From the human T2T-CHM13v2.0 reference genome, Homo sapiens: a stretch of 64,000 bases of DNA. Position numbers and translations under genes: made by a program. This document shows positions 58,087-64,000 of the stretch, in pieces. The stretch lies in assembly GCF_009914755.1 (NCBI RefSeq), contig NC_060933.1; one strand, 5' to 3'. Within the stretch, counting starts at the first letter, position 1. Every line of letters starts with the position of its first letter. The notes beneath the pieces are model-generated. The model worked only from the letters and a program-made list of their open reading frames with translations, was not told the DNA's origin and searched no databases.

Positions 58087-58820
58087 TGTAAACATAACTT
58101 TATATGCACTAAGAAACCAAAAACTTGTATGGCTCACTTTATTGCCATATTTGCCTTATTGGAGTGGTATGGAATTGAACTACAATATCTCTGAGGTATG
58201 CCTGTAAATGAATTACCATAATGTGATGTGGGCAACAGAATCCAGGGAAGATTCAGAGGGTGGAGACATCCCATCAAAACTTTCTAATTTGGGAGAAATT
58301 GTCCAAGACTCTGAGGAAAACCAGTCATAATATCTGAAAGTAAGTTTATGCCGAAAAATCTTAGGTGGACCTGCAAGTCGAAAAAGCAGGTCAAGACTAC
58401 TAGGGGCAGAGAGGAGGGAGAATGTTTAAGTTGGGCTCTAATGGTAGGATTTGGACACGCTGAGATTGAGGAGACCTAAGGGTGTTACTTCCATAATGGA
58501 ACCAGTAAAACAAAAGCCATGATTGTCTAATAGAAAGTCTTTGCCAGGGAGGCTTATGAGATAAAGCATGATAGGAATCAATTTGCAACACAAACCTGAA
58601 TGTTCCAGAAAGTTCATATGGCTTTACTTACTTTAAATTATGGTAGGCATGACACTGAGCTTCCTTTCTGCTCAGCTAGTGGGAAATTTAATTTCAGAGG
58701 TTGAGAGGATTGCCTTCTCTTCCCCACCTCCAAATCCCATGCCCAGTCCCAGAGCTAATGGCCAGGAGTGTTTATGTGAAGCCAAACATTCATGCGGTAT
58801 GTCTGGTCATTGGTTTACAT

Positions 58821-59135
58821 CAGAGATCCACAAACTTTTTCTGTAGAGAACAGATAGTCAATATTTTAGGCTTTGCAATCCAAGCAGCTCTCTGTCACAA
58901 CCACTCAACTCTACCATTGTTGCTTAAAAGCAGCCGTAGACAGTAGGAAAATGAATGAACTTGACTGTATCCCAGGAAGACTTTATTTATGGACACTGAA
59001 ATTTGAATTTCATATAATTGCATGGGTCATAAAATATGATTTTTTTTCCCAAACACTTTAAAATGTCACCATTCTAAGCTCATAGGTTATACAAAAACAG
59101 ACGACGGCCCAGATTTGACCTATGGGCCAACCCCT
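58821..59135 (+). mobile_element. MER58B
   Basis: caaactttttctgtagagaacagatagtcaatattttaggctttgc...ggacactgaaatttgaatttcatataatt. Confidence 0.85.
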
Positions 59136-60566
59136 TATCTACGAGGTTTCCACCAAGTTGCCTGCTGGCCAAGCTTATAGAGTGAAGTTGGACATCCCTG
59201 TTGTTCCCCTGGAAATCTTTGCCAGAGCTGAGAGCCTCCATACCCAGAGTCAGAAAGACCTTTCTAGGCTCAACATGCAGTCATGGCTCCCGGACACCCT
59301 GTCATCTTCCTGAGATTCTATGGAGGGTGGGCCACAGAGCCCCATTATTTTAAAAACTGTGCATATCCTTTCCTTCCCTTGGGGAATAATCTTAAGGACT
59401 GTGTCTCTCAAAAACACTCTACCACTTCTTCTCCTAGCGCAGCATGCTCAAATCCCTCAGAGTGAAGGAGGAAAAAGTCAGGACGGAAAGTGATGTGCAG
59501 GCTTCTTCTTTGGGCCCTGAAAGCTCAAAGTCCTGGCTACCTGCCCTGAAGGCTGAGTAATGTACAAAGAAAACAAAGACAAATAACTCAGTAAATTATC
59601 CGGCCTAGGATCAGAGCTTTCTAGCCCCAGAGCAAGCTCAGGCCTCAACATTCTAAGCTTAAGAGGTCAGGCTGTCCCTCCATATTTCAATGGGTACAGG
59701 TCTTGAGTTTCCTCAGAAAACCTCTGAAGGGAGGTCACAGTTATGGGGACAAAGAAGGAAAGTGTTGGATTCAGGACACCAGGCTCCACTGAAGGTGACT
59801 CATGGTTTTGGCTTGCAAGCAACGTTGCTGATCACTTTGACCAACCACAGGTCCCTGCCAGCTGCACTCCTCTCCAGGAGCACTCCTATTTTTATATGTG
59901 TGGTACAAAGAACTCCTACCAGCTAATTTCCACTTCCCCCACAAAAGCCTGTTTTACTTCTGCTTTGAGTAAAAAGCTTTCCTCTTTCTGGTCTCAAAGC
60001 ACACACTCAACAGTGCCTGTAATTCACAGTCATCTGGTACCCTTGGCTTATCTCAGGCCCCTGTAGTAACAACTGGCTCCAAGCATGTCTCCTACAGCCA
60101 CAAGCTCCAGTGGGGTAGCCAGGTTCACTGGAAGAGAATGTTCCCTACACAAGGGAATCTGAGACAGAAAAAGTCATCCTCAGAAAGTAGGGACTGGTGG
60201 ACATGTGAGCCTGGGAAATGAGAACAATTTGTGCTGGGAAGTTGCTCATGTAAAGAGTTCACAGAGCAGGTATCTGCTGCCCAGGCTTAAACTCTCAAGT
60301 GGAAAATGGAAACCATCATTCCAGATTGGCTTCTTACCCTGTATCTGTGCATTCATCAACCTTTGACAATAAGGTCATTTCTTAGCCCCACACATAGCAT
60401 ATAGGAAAGATTTATCCAAGCCCTGCTATTATAGATGAATAAATGAAACACATTCAGGAGGTTGCCCATACAGTATTTGCCTCATTTTCCCCACAGCTCT
60501 AGAGAAAGGACATTTTATAAGTTCTGTCATTCCACAGAGCTGTACAAAGCCGCCTGGCTTAACTGA

Positions 60567-60740
<174 letters not shown>

Positions 60741-60759
60741 TTCACTTTTTTTTTTAACT

Positions 60760-61000
60760 TGACAAAATGGTTCTTAAGTTCAAGATGGTTAGCATACATC
60801 TGCTTTCAAGACAGAAAGAGGGGGAAAAAGAAGGAACAGCCACAGTTGTTCACGGTATCAGCGAAGTAAAAACTTTCCCAGAAACTCCCCTAGTAGACCT
60901 CACTTCTGCTTAATTAACTGGAACTGTACTTTCTGTCTGCCCAGAGCAACAAAGGAGATTGGGAACTTGAGTGTTCAGCTTCTTCAGCCCCTAGTGAGGA
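60760..61000 (-). mobile_element. MLT1J-like MaLR fragment
   Basis: caagatgg...ctttcccagaaactcccctagtagac...caaaggagattgggaa. Confidence 0.45.
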
Positions 61001-61059
61001 AGAGGAGAGGGATTTGGATGGTATAGAAGGAGTCAGTCTGAATTCTGCTTCAAATAGCT

Positions 61060-61770
61060 AAACAATTTTGAAAACTAAAAGCCCAACAGGGAAAACTAGC
61101 TCTGCTCTCTATTAAAATTATAAAATTATAGAACTATGGGATATAGTTTCATACAATATCATAAAACTATAAGAATAAAATCAAAGTTGAACACACAGGA
61201 TTTGGCAGAGATTAATAGGAGAGACAAATTAGCCCAGAAACAGATCCTAATACTCAATATAAGGGTTTTTCTGTTTGTTTTGTTTTGTTTGTTTGTTTGT
61301 TTTTTGAGACAGAGCTTCACTCTGTTGCCCAGACTGGAGTGCAGTGGCGTGATCTCGGCTCACTGAAACCTCTGCCTTCTGGGTTCAAGCGATTCTCCCG
61401 CCTCAGCCTCCCGACTAGCTGGGATTACAGGTGCCTGCCATCACATCCGGCTAATTTTTGTATTTTTAGTGGAGATAGGGTTTCGCCACATTGGCCAGGT
61501 TGGTCTCAAACTCCTAACCTCCAGTGATCCACCCACCTCGGCCTCCCAAAGTGCTGGGATTGCAGGCAGGAGCCACCGCGCCTGACCAATATAAGACTTC
61601 TTTAAAAGCCATCACAGATTTCCCAGGAAGAAAACTTCCATTCAATATAATAAACATTGGTGCTATTGTGCTGGAATAATTGGGAAGAGAATATATTCTC
61701 ACCATATCAACCGTTCTTACCATGACATATATAAAAACTAAATCCATAAAGAATAAAATAAAGGAGAATA
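61060..61770 (+). mobile_element. Old L1M fragment, split by an Alu
   Basis: ttcaatataataaacattggtgct...ctggaataattgg...aaaaactaaatcc. Confidence 0.55.
61270..61588 (-). mobile_element. AluS
   Basis: Alu consensus. Confidence 0.95.
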
Positions 61771-61941
61771 ATTTTGTACTCTTCAGTCAAAAGACAAGAA
61801 CTGAGCAGAAAGCTTGGCAGGTAGGAGGGAAGGACTGGGTATGGTTATGAGACCACCAGGGCTGTGGCCCCCACAAGTAGGATACTGAAAAAGGTCAGCA
61901 AGGCAGGACCAAACACCGCTTAGTGATGTGGCTGTATCTGT

Positions 61942-62268
61942 GTCAGTGAACAAACAGCCTATGGGCCAATTCCAGTTTGCCAGCTGTTTTGGTGTGCTCG
62001 CAAGCTAAGAATGGTTTTTATACTTTTACATGATTGAGGAGAAAATCAGCAGAATAATATTTCATGACATGAAAATCATATGAAATTCACATTTCAGTGT
62101 CCATAAATAAAGTTATTGAGACACAGCCACACCCATTCATTTAGGTATCATCTGTGGCTACTTTTGTGCAACATGGCAGACTTGAGGACTTACAACAGAG
62201 AACACCTGGCCTACAAAATCGAAAATATTTATTATCTGGCTCTTGCCAGAAGAAGTTTGCCAATTCCT
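61942..62268 (-). mobile_element. MER58B
   Basis: Reverse complement of the same motifs (atatgaaattcacatttcagtgtccataaataaag; agaagaagtttgcc). Confidence 0.85.
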
Positions 62269-62903
62269 CAGCTCCATGATGAAGTGAGTTTGCTGCGTAA
62301 GGAACTTGTGAGACTGAATCAGCCATGGCTGTTGTTGGAGGGAAAATTAATCCAGAGGGGAATTCATCATCTACCCCGACTGATGGGCCAGGGTCCCTTC
62401 CTCTCTTTGAAGCTGATGGTCTGAGCAGAGGATGCCTGCACTAGCAGTCAGGTGAAGTTAAATTTGCATTTTGAAGTTCCCAGGGGCACAACTTCTATCT
62501 CCCCTAGAACGAGGCTGAGTTTTCCAGGAAATTTGAAGTGAGAACTGGGAAATGTGGAGACTTCTGAGAGGGCTGTAGAAGGAAGAGGGAAGATGAGCTA
62601 TAGAGAGATTAGGGAAAGAGGGCTCTGCACGGAGCACCTTATTTCTGGAGGTGGTTAGAACTTGACCTTTATGATATATAAGGGGAATGAGTAAACAGAA
62701 CAAAGTCTCAGTTTCCACTCTGTCGATAATACACGTACTCTTCATTAACTGATCTGTGATTGTCCTATTATTAGCTAGCGTGTGTTTGGTCTGTGGAAAC
62801 ATTGTGAGCAGAAAGTTCTAGGGCAGGAGAGAGCAAACATTGTTATGCCACTTTGTTGGGCTCTGGCAGAAATGATTCTATAAATTCATCAATCCCCTTT
62901 CAT

Positions 62904-62928
62904 AGATGATGATGATGATGATGATGAT
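62904..62928. repeat. (GAT)n
   Basis: About 8 units. Confidence 0.9.
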
Positions 62929-62929
62929 A

Positions 62930-63160
62930 AAAATAAAAAGAGCAGTTAGCATTTAATGAGCATTTACTATGTGCCAGGAGTATGGATTATATAATTTAAA
63001 CCTCAAAATCATCCTTTGGAATTATGCTATTGCCATCCCAATTTATTCAGATGAGGAAGCAAAACATGTTAGGTGAATCATCCAAAGCCACCCAACTGGT
63101 AAGTGATGAAGTCAGGGTGCAACCTTAGTGGAGGGACCCCAGAGATCACGCTCTTAACCC
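62930..63160 (-). mobile_element. MIR
   Basis: gagcatttactatgtgccagg...cagatgaggaagc. Confidence 0.75.
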
Positions 63161-63469
63161 CTATCTTGTCCTGTCTACTTTGCCAAAGAGTCACAAATCT
63201 ACCAGACTGGTTGCTACAGTGAGAGACCTGAGACCAAAAGCAGTAAAGATGGTTCTCCCTGGAATGAGAGAGCATGCAGCTAAGTAGCCTAATTTCCTGC
63301 CCTCCTTCCACCCTGTAGATTAATAAGAAACACCTTCATACCACAAAAATGAAGACCACTGCCACATGCAGGGTTCATCCAGAATTGCTGTTTCAAGTGC
63401 TCTTTCAAAAGCAAAGGGAGCAAATGCTTTCTAAATGCCTCATATTAAATAAGGAAAGCAAATTCTCCT

Positions 63470-63789
<320 letters not shown>

Positions 63790-64000
63790 ACAAATTCTTC
63801 TTTTTAAATCCCATCATTGACAAATAGAGAATTATAACTTAAATAATGCTTTTAAAAATCTTAAAGGAAACCATAAGTAGAATTTAAAATGTGATTGATT
63901 ACATAAGAACACAAAAGTGGCACAGAATAATAAAAAGATGGACAGATATATATGAGGAAAATGCAAACTAAAAAGTGAGGATTGTGGTTGTTATTTTAGA

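Overview
This is primate, most likely human, euchromatic DNA. It has no CpG island and no intact protein-coding gene that I can recognise. About 70 Alu elements or fragments cover roughly 30% of the window, on a background of older repeats: L1M, L2, MIR, L3/CR1, MaLR LTRs, and the DNA transposons MER1A, MER5A1, MER53, MER58B, MER63A, MER102, Tigger3 and two Tigger1. Most ORF-track entries are Alu, Tigger or simple-repeat artefacts, or short chance ORFs. Notable items: (1) a candidate decayed four-exon gene on the + strand at about 46.7-50.0 kb, whose putative exons splice into one protein-like frame with a few stops; (2) a TSD-flanked U6 snRNA/L1PB chimeric retrocopy at 43.8-44.1 kb; (3) a 3'UTR-like retrocopy fragment at 37.7-38.7 kb; (4) a non-repeat segment with a clean 63-nt exon-like unit at the broken end of a Tigger1. 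Repeat subfamilies were assigned by eye from remembered consensus sequences, and boundaries are approximate (about +/-10-20 bp).
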